A stretch of 64,000 nucleotides of DNA. Source: the human T2T-CHM13v2.0 reference genome, Homo sapiens. The notes under the pieces were generated by a model. The model was given only the letters and a program-made list of their open reading frames with translations. It searched no databases and was not told the origin of the DNA. The stretch lies in the NCBI RefSeq assembly GCF_009914755.1, contig NC_060941.1; one strand, 5' to 3'. Shown piece after piece: positions 14,626 through 29,322 of the stretch. The translations under genes were made by a program, and so were the position numbers. The first letter of the stretch is position 1, and every line of letters starts with the position of its first letter.

Positions 14626-15245
14626 TTTTCAGTGAATTTGGGTGAAGGTATTTTAAAAATCTGTCTTTACTTAGGTTGTCTAAGATTTGGTTTATTTTGA
14701 AAAAATTGACTAGATTATACATTTTAGTGCAGTTTACACAAAAAAGAAAAGTTGGAATTCATATTCAAACAAAAGGCCTTGGCCTTACAGCAAGAGTTTG
14801 TTTAATAAATGTACATTTATATTTTAAGGGAAAGTGTTTAATACATGTACCAACTTTTTCTTTGCTCATTTGCAACATTTTAGAAAAACCAATCCGCTAC
14901 TAGTCCCTGTCGGTGTAGGATAAGAGGACTTCTGTATATATTACCTTCATATTTTTCGGTAGCCCTGACCAAGTTTGGGAGAATCCTGAGAAAAACCACA
15001 AATTATTCTCAGGAGAATTTGTGGAATAGACCTGTGAATTATGGTCTTGTCTGTATATGACTTAGGTCAAAATTTAATTGTGAGTGGAAATTTGTGTTTA
15101 GTAACATGTCATTCCTATCTGTTGAGCCTACTAAATGCCCTCTCAAACTAGAGAGCTATGTGTAAAGAATCTTATGTTCTTCTTGGTTCAGTTGCATACT
15201 TACGGACGGTTTATAGAAGTAGTTAAGTAGCCAGACTTTGTGGGG

Positions 15246-15523
15246 TTTTTTGTTTGTTTTTTTGAGCCAGGGTCTCGCTCTGTCACCCAGGCTGGATGGC
15301 TCACACTGCAGCCACAATCTCCAGGGATCCTCCCACCTCAGCCTCCAAAATAGCTGGGACTACAGATGCTACACCATGTGTCCGGCTGATTTTTTTTTTA
15401 ATTTTAACTTTTGTAGAGATGAGATCTCACTGTGCTGCCCCGTCTGGTGGTAAACTCCTGGGCCCAAGCAGACCTCCTGCCTCGGCCTCCCAAAGTGCTG
15501 GGAATACAGGCACCATGCCCAGC
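15246..15523 (-). mobile_element. Degenerate Alu (AluJ-like)
   Basis: TSD-like agtagccagactttgt / agtacctagactttgt. Confidence 0.85.
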
Positions 15524-15726
15524 AGTACCTAGACTTTGTAGTAAGACATACAAGGTTCAGGTTCCAGCGTTACCACTTATTAGCTGTGTGAGTTTTTTAC
15601 ATGTTATTCACATTTTCCAAGTTTCAATTTCCTCTCTTATAAAATGTGCATAACAAGAGTAGCTACCTCATAAGAATGTTATGAAGATGAACAGTGTATG
15701 TCAAGTGCTTAGCAATGTGCTTAACT
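15524..15726 (+). mobile_element. MIR, interrupted at its 3' end (seems to resume ~16035-16060)
   Basis: ccacttattagctgtgtg...ataaaatg...ctacctcataag...agtgcttagca. Confidence 0.7.
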
Positions 15727-15857
15727 CCTGAGGTCAGGAGTTTAAGACCAGCCTGGCCAATATGATGAAACCCCATCTCTACTAAAAATACTAAAAATAC
15801 AAAAATTAGCTGGGTGTGGTGGTGCACACCTGTAGTCCCAGCTACTTGGGAGGCTGA
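15727..15857 (+). mobile_element. Internal Alu fragment, no tail, no TSD
   Basis: Starts mid left arm and ends mid right arm; similar to 16518-16642. Confidence 0.85.
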
Positions 15858-15876
15858 ACATAAGTAGCTGTACATG

Positions 15877-16347
15877 AGAACAACTATGAGCAAGAAAGTT
15901 GGCTTCATATCTATAGTATTTTACCTGTTGTAATGATGAGTCCAATTAGATTAGAAAAATAAATTATAATCACCACCTTATATTTTCTTTATAGTAATCT
16001 TATATATCTATACAGTTATAAAATAAGAAATTGTGTGCATATGATGAGCACTGAATATTACATCATCTGTGTATGCTCATAGACATTCAAAACTTTTAAG
16101 TGATCTTTATTATTAATAATGTAATAATTTTGAAAACTTTTATAGAAGTATGTGATAGATTTACTAAAGTACACTTATGGACAACAACACGTAAGAACAA
16201 CTATGAGCAAGAAAGTTGGCTTCATATATACAGTATTTTACCTGTTTTAATGATGAGTCCAATTAGATCAAAAAAATTATAATCACCACCTTATCTTTTC
16301 TTTATAGTAATCTTCTTATAGATGTATAGAGTTATAAAATAAGAAAT
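15877..16347 (+). repeat. ~155-bp direct duplication (15877-16031 and 16194-16347)
   Basis: agaacaactatgagcaagaaagttggcttcatat...gttataaaataagaaat occurs twice with scattered differences. Confidence 0.95.
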
Positions 16348-16455
16348 AAAGCTGGGAAGGCTATTTATATTTCCTCTCCAGTATCCAACTTAATTGTTTC
16401 TCTCATCTTAATCATTTTTGTTGTTATTTAGGTAGCACAATAAAACAATTTACTT

Positions 16456-16759
<304 letters not shown>

Positions 16760-17874
16760 TTAAAAACCAATTTACTATCTTTTATTTGCTGTTTTGTTAA
16801 TTCCTTTCCTGATAGGAGTTAGTGTTGACAATCACTTTATCTGTTAGTTTACTGCATATTTACATTTCAAGGGGCATAGTCTAACCTAAACTTTATTATA
16901 ATTGAGTCTGTATAATAAAGAGTTTTATTGTGGTTATTACTACTACACAATTATACATATCCTTTATTAAGGGCAAAGTAGTTTATTCTGCCTTGAGGCT
17001 CCCCTGAGAATTTAAAGCTCTGATTCAGTAAGTTTAGTAAACACTAAATTTAGAGCTGCTTGTGGTAATATACATACCTTACTGCATCTTACCTTGATAT
17101 GCAAAGACACCACTAAAATCCCTGGATAATAAACATTTTGTTTTTCAGGAATCCAAAAACAAAGCACATTAACTTTATTCCTTCAGAGTTGTGGGAAAGT
17201 GAGTTTAGCAGAGTTTATAAGAGTCAACCAGCATCAGTGAAGATTCAGGGAGCTGAAACTGAGAAACATGAGGCAGATCACAAGACCAAAAACACTGCAT
17301 GGAAACACAGGAAAGGCTTTTCAAGAATTGTGTCTAAATAGAGTTTACCTAAAAGAAAATAGCTCTAAGCAAATTACTGTGGACTGTGTTGTAGTATAAC
17401 AACAGAAATATAAGACTGATTCTCCACCACAGTTTTTAAGTTCACAGCACAGTTTCATAAAGTAAAATATTTAATGGCAAGAATAATGTAATTACTGTTA
17501 CATCAGTATGCAAACTAAAACCTAATCATAATAAAATCTAGACTTTAAAAATTGTCATGTAGAAATTCTGAGGCTCTGCTGCTGCAGATGTAAAATAAAA
17601 GCTGGTCTGGGCAAAGAAAGAGGTTGGGATCACTTGTTGGTTGATCATGTTGGTTTCTTTCTGAACAATCCCATTCCACTCCCAGAAAAAAAGGGGAGGA
17701 TAAAACATGTATTTCTTACCAAATATCACATCGTTATTACTGTTTAAAACAATTACTTTGGTTTTTTTTTTTTCTACATTACACCAGTTGCTTAGGTTGG
17801 AATGTAAATTTGCTTTCATCACAAGACTGATCCAAATATCCAGTATTAACGGATATTTAAGTAAACATAACCAG

Positions 17875-18055
17875 CTTTCAAGTTTGAAAGTAATATCATT
17901 TCATATTATCATTTAAAGGACTTGTTAAAACACAGATTGCTGTGCCCCACCCTCAGAGTTTCTGACACAGTCATTTTAGTGTGGTGCCTGAGAACCTGCA
18001 CTTTGAACAAGTTTCCAGGTGATGCTGGTCCATAGGCCACACTGTAAGACTCGCC
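17875..18055. mobile_element. MER5A-like hAT-Charlie fossil
   Basis: cttgttaaaacacagattgctgtgccccaccctcagagtttctga...aacaagtttccaggtgatgctg. Confidence 0.8.
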
Positions 18056-19130
18056 AGCCTACATGAGCTCCAGGGTTCCATCAAGATTTGAAAGCTATTG
18101 AATGCAGGAGCAGAACCTCCTCAATAGGATTTTGAGATTTTTGTCTTTCATAAACACTGAAACTTTCTAAAGTTATTTGTTTCTAGCCATGGAAATATTT
18201 ATGCATTGGAGTGCATACATTCAGCTTAAATCTAGCTTTAGTGCCCAATCTTATAAAAACTTTGGTTTTATTGTTTTCCTCCTTAACATTTGTTGTTCCA
18301 GGCTTTAGGTAATTCTGTTTTTCTCTTTACCATACAGTGTTACATTAGTAAAATGACAGAAATCACAAGAAGATGTATCGATTTATTTCTATTGAGATTT
18401 GCTGTTTAGCTTCCATTCCTCTTTACAATATTTTGCAGCACTGCTTCTACCTCTATCCTACTACTAGGATTTTTTTTTTTCGAATCTTAAACAAAATAAT
18501 GTGATGAATAGAGCAATATATTTTATTTAGTTTAAAAACCAGAGGTGGCAAGAGATTTATGAAAACCCAACAAAAGAAAGACCTCTGAGCCAAATCAGCA
18601 TCTACTTTTTAAGTATTTATAGAACACCCTCTTGCTACCATACAACCAAGAAGAGTAAGGCAAACAGTATCTCATGCCTTTGTGTATTTAAGGAAAGCCA
18701 GAATAAAAATTCCTGCTTCTACCCCTAAATCAAAGCCTTCTCTGGCAGAATGCTAGTTCTGTCTCTCCAGCTAGCTCTCTTTTTTCATGGTTTACTTTCC
18801 ACCAGAGCTTTCTATACCCTGTTTGTCTCAGGAATTAATCATCTTCTTATCTTCCCTCTTCTCTGCTAGCCAGATTATACCAGGGTTTTAGGGAGATTGA
18901 AAAGCAACTTGTCCTCTTACAAATAATAGAAATTTCTGACAAATATTCTAAGGTCAGAGAAATATGATTCTTTACTCAGGGTTAGAATTACTAAGTATTC
19001 TCTGTTGTGATTTAGTAGCAACTGCACATTCCAGCAACAAGCCGGAAAGCTACTGGCCTTCACACTTAATCTTTGAAAATGCCTCAATAGTCATTTTAGT
19101 CTATGAGACAAAGACTCACTTTGTTTTTAA

Positions 19131-19632
<502 letters not shown>

Positions 19633-20124
19633 AGTAGTTTTTTACTTCCCACGTTGATTGACTAGGATCTTCTTCAGCTTACTATCCTGAAGTTTCGAAA
19701 AAGAAAAAAAAAAATGGAATAACCTTCCATAATTCTTTTTGTTTTCTTTGTTAATGCAAGATCTTTTGGGTCTGCCATGGAGAACTCAATTTGGAATTGT
19801 CAGTAAATGATGGCTCACTGTTATATACTTGCTTCCAGTCCAAGTCTGTTTCTTCCTCAGTTCTTTATTATATGTAAAACTATGTTTTCAAGGAATTTAT
19901 GTAATTTTACCTAGTCAGCATATTTTCAGCCATTATTGACAGCTAATGCAAAATGGAAAACAGCAACATGAGTGCATTGTGTATTATTCTCAAAACACTA
20001 TTCTGAGATGATTTTCCTAAAGCCCCTGCCTTAAAACAGTTTATAATCTAGTAGAGTTTGATGATTCCTACACATAGAATGGGTAGAATTTGTACTGCAA
20101 ATTTATAAAACCAGAATCATAAAT

Positions 20125-20188
20125 CCAACATTAGCATGATTTTAAATCATGCTAAACCAACTTAGCATGATTTTAAATCATAGTTGGT
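20125..20188. repeat. Palindrome plus short tandem duplication
   Basis: ttagcatgattt-t-aaatcatgctaa; unit ttagcatgattttaaatcat repeated. Confidence 0.9.
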
Positions 20189-21170
20189 AAAATATTCAAA
20201 AAGGAACTGGTTTCTAGCATTCATACAAACACCTCTTATCCAACATATTGTACTTTTCCCTGTTAAACATACAAGAGCACTTGTACTAGTATCCTGTTAT
20301 AATATGTATTCCACGCAAGGGAGTAACTTTCACCTATTAAATAGCAGTTATCCTTCTTGTGGGGAGAGGTGGGGAAAGGGACAGACATAACTGAGGTAAG
20401 AAGCGTGAGTAAATTACTTCTTGTAATTTTTCATCCGCTCTAGATGCCAAACATTCTGACCAACTTCTTATAATTTTGTTGGTATGTCTCCATGTTCCTC
20501 TATTGCCTGTCATATCACCACCCCCACTACCATGGTCATTATATACTAATAACACCTAGCATTGAGCACATTATATATGCAAGGCACTATGCTAATTTTA
20601 CAGAAATATGTTCATTTAAATCTTTTACCTTGAGAGGTGAGTGGCATATTATTATAATAATTACATAGGCCACTTAGCTTAAAGATGTATACAGAGCATC
20701 TGTTGTGTACATGATCACTAAATCATGAGTCCAAGATCCATATTTTAGTTTCTGTTCCAGGGTAACTTGGTCTGTGGCCTTGAGTAATGCATTATACTTC
20801 AGCTGTCTATTACCAAAGAAAAATAAATACTAATTATTTTTTAGTCTTATCTATATTTTACCCTATAAATTTAATTATCAGAACAACTCAGATTATGGCT
20901 CACATTTTAAAGACAAGGAATCCAAGCTTGGAAAAGTTAAATAATTGGTTGAAGACTACATGATAGGCTGTGTAGCACAAGTCTTGCTTAAAAGCCCCTC
21001 CATTCAGTTACTGTGTTTTTTACTTTATCCTATAATTTCTTTTATCATACTCCACATAAATAAGAGAAGATAATACATATGTAATATTTCTATCTTGAAA
21101 GATGCTGGAAAAGATTTTTTTCTTCCAATTTAGGGGGCATACTAACAATTTTGACAACACAAGAACATCT

Positions 21171-21466
21171 AGCCTGTTACTGTGGCGCACACCTAGCAGT
21201 TTGGGAGGCCGAGGCAGGAGGATTGCTTGAGGCCAGGAGTTCGAGACCAGCCTGGGCAACATAGTGAGATCCATCTCTACAAAAAATTTAAACATTAGCT
21301 GGGTGTGGTAGCATGCGCCTGTGGTCCCAGCTACTTGGGAGGCTGAGATGGGAGGATTACTTGAACCCAAGAGGTCAAGACTGCAGTGAGCCATGCTTGT
21401 GCCACTGCACCAGCCTGGGCGACAGAGTGAGACCCTAGCTAAAAATAAAAAGCAAAAAACCCCACA
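21171..21466 (+). mobile_element. Alu (AluJ-like)
   Basis: Dimer; TSD-like acaagaacatct / acaagtacatct. Confidence 0.9.
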
Positions 21467-22729
21467 AAAACAAGTACATCTTGCCTCATACCTTACAGTC
21501 ATATCACTATCTGTTATGTACTGTTGCATAGATTGAATTTGTAAATATGTAAGTTAAATATGTAAAATCTATTTTGAGATATTTATTGAGAAGGTGAGAG
21601 TTACTCAACAAAGAAAGACAGTGCTAATATTCATCTTAATAATAGTGATGCAACTCATAAAATGTTGATCAGTGAATTTCCTTCCACTTTTAGGTTCTCA
21701 ATATTCCTTTCAAAAGCCATACATTTGAAAGAGAAGTCATCAATCACTTTTAGCTTTTTTTTTGTTGACAGTAATACTTTATATAAAATTTAAAAATAGG
21801 AAGGCCATATATTACAAAATTTTAACAGAGATAGGATTTCTGGTAAATTTTATTTACACCATTTTCTCTTATATATTTTATTTTTCCTATGATGAACCAT
21901 GTTTATATAATACCTTAAATTTTAATGGAGTTATTTATCATAGCTACTTTAAAACTCAGAAGTTGGTCTGACAAACAGTTAGAATTGCTCGTGTCAGTAA
22001 AGCAGTAATCACGTATTAGCCAATATATCCAAACTTTGAAATTTGGAACTCCTTTTTATATTGTCAAAAACCTAGTACTCTTTAGATATACGGAAATGAA
22101 ACCTAATAACGTTAAACTTATTGGCAGTTGAGTATTGTGTTTCAGCTTAGCACATTTAAAAGGCTTTTCTGAGCTCAGATTATTGATTTGTATATGCAAA
22201 AATAATAAAATAGGTAATTGAAATTTACACTGCCTTATTTTATCTCATACACTGAGTTTTGCTATTCACTGCTGTAAAGAGATGTCATTTACAACAGTTG
22301 CAGGCCATAGTAATTTGCCTATTTCCTTATAAGATAAAGATTTACAGATAAATGAAGATTTAAATCTCAGTTTCTTCTTGAAATGAGAATTTCTTTAAGT
22401 TATTCAAAATCCCATTGAAGTAATGTCTGTAGGAATATCCTAAGTTATTGTGGTCATTTTTTGAGTAACTGTTTCTTTGGATCAGTATGTTGTCTCCATA
22501 TTTATTGCTTCTATGTTCTATCTGTATATCAATGTGTCTGGTATATCCTTTTATGTGGCACAACATAATTGCATGAAAATAGAACTTATGTAGAAGGAAC
22601 ATACTTATTCTGAGTTACCTTGGATACAGCTTGGAATCCCCAGTTTTCTTAGGCCTTAAGTTCTAAATAGATGAAGGACATGAACAGATCACTTATACCT
22701 CTATAAATATCTACACAAATGTAAACTAG

Positions 22730-22860
22730 TTAATTCATTCAACAAGTAATAGTACTTGCTCTGTGCCTGGCACTATTATAGGCAGTACTAAGGATATAGC
22801 AGTATATAAAACAGACAAAGGCTCTACCTTTTGTCAGCCACAGTCTGAATAATAAACATA
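22730..22860 (-). mobile_element. L2 fragment
   Basis: ttcattcaacaag...tgtgcctggcactatt...aaacagacaaag. Confidence 0.6.
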
Positions 22861-22889
22861 TAGAAAATGCAAATTAAAATAACAATGAG

Positions 22890-23500
22890 AGGCTTCTTCC
22901 TACTATGATGAATTTACCAGTAACGGACTTGCCTTCCCACCAGAAACAACTGTTTTCAGACATTGGATAATTGACAGCATGGTAATGTGATCCCTGAGAG
23001 AAAGGGCGTGGGTTGAGGGTGACAAGAACTAGATGAATCCTGGCTTTCTGACACAAGGTATTCTGACTGTGGAGAACTCTAGCAGAGAATGACAGTCTTG
23101 CTGAATTGAGATCAGAGATTGAGGCGGCAAGGGCAACCAGAAGTTACAGAGTACTGAGGACAGAGCTAATCCGAGACAACTGCAGAACTCTGCAGAGGGG
23201 TTCTTTTGCATCTTTAATACTGAGTTTCAGAGATGTGCAATGAGACTCCACGAGGCTAAAGAAAGAACTGAACAATTCCTAGAGTCCCAACAGGAATGGG
23301 AGATTTTTATTTTTTATTTTTTATTTTTTTTCATTCTGACCAGAAAGATCTTGTTAAAAACCTGGAGCATTCAGTAGAGATCCAAGTAAGAACACACATT
23401 AGTAGTAAGGCTAAACTAGCCTCAGAGTAAAAAATTACTCCATACCTGCCTAAATAGAGCTTAAAAGTAAGTTCAGAAGGACAAACTGATCCACAATTGA
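22890..23500 (+). mobile_element. Old L1M 5'-region fragment
   Basis: Purine-rich segment resembling L1MC/MD 5' ends (gatccctgagagaaaggg...). Confidence 0.45.
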
Positions 23501-24179
23501 CTTACCTGCTTTGGAGGGCCAGGAACCAGCTACTTGGCCTGACTGTTAAAAGTAAGGCATAAAGAGGATGTTGATTTCTTTTGTGTTGTATACTTCAAAT
23601 ATCCCTCAATGTGAAAGAGCCAATACACAGCTAAAGTGTCTTTTCTTTTCAAATGTGTTTCCCTTGTAATTCTTCTTTGTTCTCAGTGTATTTTGTTGGA
23701 TATCTTTTATAGAAAAGAATCCAGTCATTAAAGCTAGAAATTAAATGGTTGTAGTCATTATAATGAAGATAGTTTATATAATCTGTTTGTTTCATGAAAG
23801 CCTCTCTGTGTTTCTCAGGTGACAAAGATTTGTTTTATCCATGAGCGCTTTTTAAGACTCACTTTGTATAGTAAAACTCTTATTTGTAATGTCTGTCTTT
23901 GCTTTGATTCTCTATACTATTCAATTAACAAATAATGATTAACCAGCTATCATATGCCAGATACTATTCTAGGCATTGTAATATAAAGCATTATATTTGA
24001 TGAAAAAAGTCTGGAAATAAATAAATAAATTTAGGTTGATCTTAGGTCCTGATGATGTATATTCAGCCCATTTGAAAGAAAGAGGGCTAAATTTAATACA
24101 GGATCTGCTACTTTATTAGCTCTGCATCTCATTTTTATGAGTGTCCAAGGTATTATATAGAGTATAGCAAAGAATACTA

Positions 24180-24562
24180 TCTTTTTATAAAACCTGTTCT
24201 CCATTTTTCCTGGGCATATGGGTAAACTGCATGTAACTGCATATTCCAGCTTTCCTTGCACTTAAGTGTGTCACATGACTGAGCTTGAAGGAGGTATGAT
24301 TGGAAACAATGTGTTCCAGTTCCAGACGTTTCGCAAAGTTCAGAAACTTTACATGTGCAATTTGTAAAAGACCCTTCCCCCTCCCACCCCCTGCGTCTCT
24401 GGATGCAGAGAATCCAACAAAGAACTCTGGGGCTGTAAGATACTGTTGGAACTACATTATAGAAAGAAGCTTCCTACTGAATACGCATATTGAATGAGAA
24501 ATCTATTGTATTGGGCTACTGAGATAAAGTTGTTTGTTTCAGCTCTTGGCCTACCCTAATAC
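24180..24562. mobile_element. Old MLT1-type (ERVL-MaLR) LTR
   Basis: ttccagctttccttgca...tgtgtcacatgactgag...tgtttgtttcagc...ccctaata. Confidence 0.55.
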
Positions 24563-25572
24563 GAGGAGAAAACATAATTGTACTGTAACTGTAGTGATAC
24601 ATCTTTGTGAGAGGACCATAATTTTTATAAATACATAGGCTGAAATTGAGCTTGAGAAACTTCAGTCTTTCTCAAACAGTTCATTAAGATGAAAACATTG
24701 CTTTCTTTCTTTTGTATTAGTGCTAATAGCCCTTGTTCTGCTTGGACGGTTGTTGGAAGGGCTACTTTAGGCTGTGTACTTGCATATCCTGTCCCTTCTT
24801 GTCAATCTGTATTCTTCTTCTATCCTCTGAAATGAAATACGTCTCTTCACCATCTTACCTATCTTTTCCTTTCTCTTTCTTAATGATCAGAAACATGTTT
24901 TTAAAAGATTTTTCTTTCTGTGCCAGGTTTGGTCATGATAAAATCCTTCACATATTTCAAAGTGTGGTAACACAATTTAGAAACTTTGAGTGAGAACCCA
25001 CTCTAAAGCTTTCAAGAATGACCTCATGATTTACTCTCACTTTAATACAGTAACTACAGCTTTTCTGTATTGACATACCACACTTGTCTAAGTTACGAAG
25101 CTGCATTGTAACCATGGACATAGATTCTTCACAGATTACACGTGTGTACCACACACAGATTCAGTCTGTGCTTCCTCTTTCTTCACTTTTGACCTCTGAC
25201 TATGCCATCCGTGGAATTGAAGGCTATTAAAAGTATAGAGAACTGGATTGGCCCTTCTGAAAAGATGGCAAAAATTTTTTAAGAGGAGACTGCTCTGATT
25301 ATCTATCTCATCAAATGACTAGATTGCTCAAATAATTATGTCTGTTCATATGAGAAGTCTTTTTTTAACTTATTATTTTCTCTGTTTATACTTGTTATCT
25401 CCCAATTCTCTTATTACCTAACCAGTATTCCAGTCATGACTGTAATGCCACTTGTGTCCTTCATACTGAACACCAACTTAAATGCACTTGCCTAAATGTT
25501 TTGCTTATAACTCAACACAAACTAGACAGAAAATGGAGAATTAAGTCAAGTTGCTCTATTGAAATAGAGTTT

Positions 25573-25835
25573 GGCCGGGTGCAGTGGCTCACTCCTGTAT
25601 TCCCAGCACTATGGGAGGCAGAAGTGGGTGGTTGCTTGAGCTCAGGAATTCCAGACCATCCTGGCCAACATGACAAAACCTCATCTCTACTAAAAATACA
25701 AAAAAATTAATCGGGCTTGGTGGCACAGGCCTGTAGTCCCAGCTACTTGTTTGATCCTGACAGGTGGAGGTTACAGTGAGCCAAAATCATACCACTGCAT
25801 TCTAGCCTGGGCAACAAGAGCGAGACTGTGTATGA
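25573..25835 (+). mobile_element. Alu with right-arm deletion and no poly(A) tail
   Basis: TSD tgaaatagagttt at 25560-25572 and 25836-25848. Confidence 0.88.
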
Positions 25836-25848
25836 TGAAATAGAGTTT

Positions 25849-26145
25849 GGCCACTGGGCGTGGTGGTTCATGCCTATAATCCCAGCACTTTGGGAGGCTG
25901 AGGAGTATTGCTTGAAGCAAGGAGTTTGAGATCAGCCTGGGCAACATAGTGAGACCCTGTCTGTACAAAACATTTTTATAAATTAGCTGGGTGTGGTGGC
26001 ATGCGCCTGTAACGCCAGCTACTCAGGAGGCAGAGGTAGGAGGATCACTTGATCCCAGGAGGTCAAGGCTGCAGCGAGCTGTGATCACACTACTGCACTT
26101 CAGCCAGGGTGACAGAGCAAGACCCTATCTCAAGAAAGAAAGAAA
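25849..26145 (+). mobile_element. Alu (AluJ-like)
   Basis: Dimer with (AAAG)n tail. Confidence 0.9.
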
Positions 26146-26519
26146 TACATGTTGGTACCTGCACTGTTTCTTAATTTCATTCATTTGGTATAGGATTTTC
26201 ATGATTTTTGCCCCACCTGATTATAACTACTTTTTGTTTAACCTAATATTTTCTTGGAATTTCATGCTTTTGTTTAAATAATTTACTTTTAAAGAAACTT
26301 TATACTACTAGTCAAACTAGAAAATCAATATCATGAACATAACTAGAAGATTAACTAGAACATTAATCTGGCTACTTAAACCTTCAAATGATTCTGAAGC
26401 TCAACTCTCTCTGTTAAAAAGGAGGATTAGCTGATACTAGCCGCACATTAAAATTTTCTTCTTGACAGATTCAGAAGGATTGACAGATAATTGAAAAGAG
26501 TAACTTTTGTAGCAATTTC

Positions 26520-26885
26520 ATTAGTCAGAATAGGCTAAACTATATTGCCATAACAAACCATCTTTAAAATGGCAGCAGATTCATACAACAAATGTTGGTT
26601 TCTAATTCACCCAACAAATGTTGGCAACTCTCCAGGGCAGCTGTCCTTTATTGCTGCTTCAATCTTGTAGTTTCACTATCTCAACGTGAGACTTTCATCA
26701 TGATTTTTCTGTCAGAGGAAGAGATACACTGTAGAATCATGCAGGGACTATGTCACTTCTGCTTTTATTTCATTGGCCCAAACTAGTCTTCTAAACTGCA
26801 CAACAGCTGGTAATTGTAGTCACCCCTCTGCCTAGAAGGGAATGGAGACCAGGATATTGGTGGGCACTAGTAATGCCCACTGCGC
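26520..26885. mobile_element. Old MLT1-type LTR
   Basis: ttagtcagaataggctaaactat...ataacaaac...tttcattggccc. Confidence 0.5.
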
Positions 26886-26976
26886 TATGTAATTCAGTGC
26901 TATTTACTGCCGTTTTTATGGATGATTTTAAATCATCTTTTACATCCTAAAATCAGTCCCATACCTTGAGAAACAG

Positions 26977-27277
26977 TTTTTTGTTTTGTTTTTGAGACAG
27001 AGTGTCGCTTTGTTGCCCAGGCTGTGTGTAGAGGCACCATCTTGGCTCATTGCATCCTCTGCTTCCCAGGTTCTAGCAATTCTGCTGCTGCAGCCTCCCG
27101 AGTAGCTGGGACTACAGGCCCTCACCACCACTACACCTGGCTAATTTTTGTAGTTTTAGTAGAGATGGGGTTTCGCCATGTTGGCCAGGCTGGTCTTGAA
27201 CTCCTGACCTCAAGTGATTCACCTGCCTTGGCCTCCCAAAGTGCTGGGATTACAGGCGCAAGCCACCATGCCTGCCC
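26977..27277 (-). mobile_element. Alu (AluS-like)
   Basis: Reverse-complement dimer. Confidence 0.9.
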
Positions 27278-27426
27278 AGGAAGAGTATTATAAATGAAAT
27301 ATTATAATATTTGAAATCAAAATATCAGGATATGAATCTGTGATCTACCACTTAATTACTGTAATCTTGGACAAGAGATCTTATGATTCTGTTTTCCCAT
27401 CTGCAAAACAGGATTAATGTATTTTA

Positions 27427-27810
<384 letters not shown>

Positions 27811-28399
27811 GTATTTTTATTTGTCGTTACATAGCTTTTTTTGAAAGTGAGGTAATTGTTTTTAGAGCTGTGTACCTCACATTAGAACTGGGCTCTAGCA
27901 AGAAGTTTTGCATCACTAACTAAAAGAAATAGGCCATCTATAAGACCCAACAGAATGATCCCATTTCATCAGTCTTTCTAAAACAAAATTTAGGGATGTT
28001 TTCTCTTCCATTTAAATACTCATTTTAAAAAAAATTGTTACATTTAATTCTTATTTGAGTGCCAAATAAGATCAGAGCAAAATTAAAAGTTTGTATAAAG
28101 CTCTATAAGAAAACTACCGTCTATAGATGTAATGTTGGAAAAAGTTTTTAAACTTTTTTACTTGATAAACATTAAAATGGTATCATTAATTTTTAAAACA
28201 AGGCAAAGTGTGATGATATTTATTTTAATTGATTGAACTAAGTTAGAACAAACTAAATTCATAAGCCAGACATTGCTACAGATTTCTTATACACTGTTGG
28301 TATAAAGTCTAGCCACATATATCTGAAGTAACTTGATTTTCTAAGTCACTTGCTCCTGTCCCAACTTCTTTCTTAATTTTCTGGTGGAGTTTGTAAAGG

Positions 28400-28920
28400 A
28401 GTGCTATTATTTCTTCTTAAGGCAGTTGTTAGGATTCACCAGTGGTGACAACTGAGACTGGGCTTTTTTGTGGTAAGATGTTTAATTACTAATTCAGTTT
28501 ATTTACTTGTTATAAATCTATTCAGATTTTTCCATGTCTTAATGAATGAGTTTTGATAATTTGTGTCTTTCTGTGAATTTGCCCATTTCATCTAAGTTAT
28601 CAAATTTGTTGGCTTAAAGTTGTTATTAATATGCCCTTATAGTCCTTTACGTTTCTGCAGAGTCAATAGTGATGGCCCCATTTTTATTCCTAATTTGATA
28701 GTTCATGTTTTGCTGTTTCTCTTTGTCAGTCTAGAGTAAGTTTTTTCTATTTTGTTTATCTTTTCAAAGAATTAAATTCTCGTTTCATCATTTTCCTCTG
28801 AAAAGCAAATAAGTTTATTTGCTATTTCATTGAGTTCTGCTTTAATCTTTATGGTTTTATTTTTCTGCCTGATTTGGGGTTTAATTTGTGCTTTCCAAAT
28901 TTTTAAAGACATAAGCTGTG
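28400..28920 (-). mobile_element. Old L1M fragment
   Basis: T-rich, ctattcagatttt...ccatttcatctaagttatcaaatttgttggc typical of antisense L1 ORF2. Confidence 0.7.
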
Positions 28921-29179
28921 AGCATGTTTTTCTCCAGTTATTTTTCAATTGTTGTAACCATAAAATTTTCATGAAACTTTAAAAAAAGATAAATTAGTGA
29001 AATTAATGGGTCTTCTGAAACGAGTTTCTTAAAATCACCTTATAATTCCAATTGTTAATAGAAAATTAACATATATTAAACTCCGATGAGTTGGGGGGCA
29101 TCTGCAATACATTTTTCTCTTTAAATTGTGTAGCCTATGTTTTGTCCCATTTTCATGGCACTTGGCTTTCTCCTGTTTG

Positions 29180-29322
29180 TATCATAGCTGTTCTTCTTCT
29201 GTCTTACCCCCTCATTAAGTTCCTTTAGGCTGGACACTGTCTTAATTATGTTTGAATCCCCTGAAGCATTTCTTACTGCTCTGTGCACATGGTAGGAACA
29301 CAGAAGCATTCATTGAATTGAA
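29180..29322 (+). mobile_element. L2 3' end
   Basis: taagttcctt...gcacatggtagg...ttgaattgaa. Confidence 0.5.
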
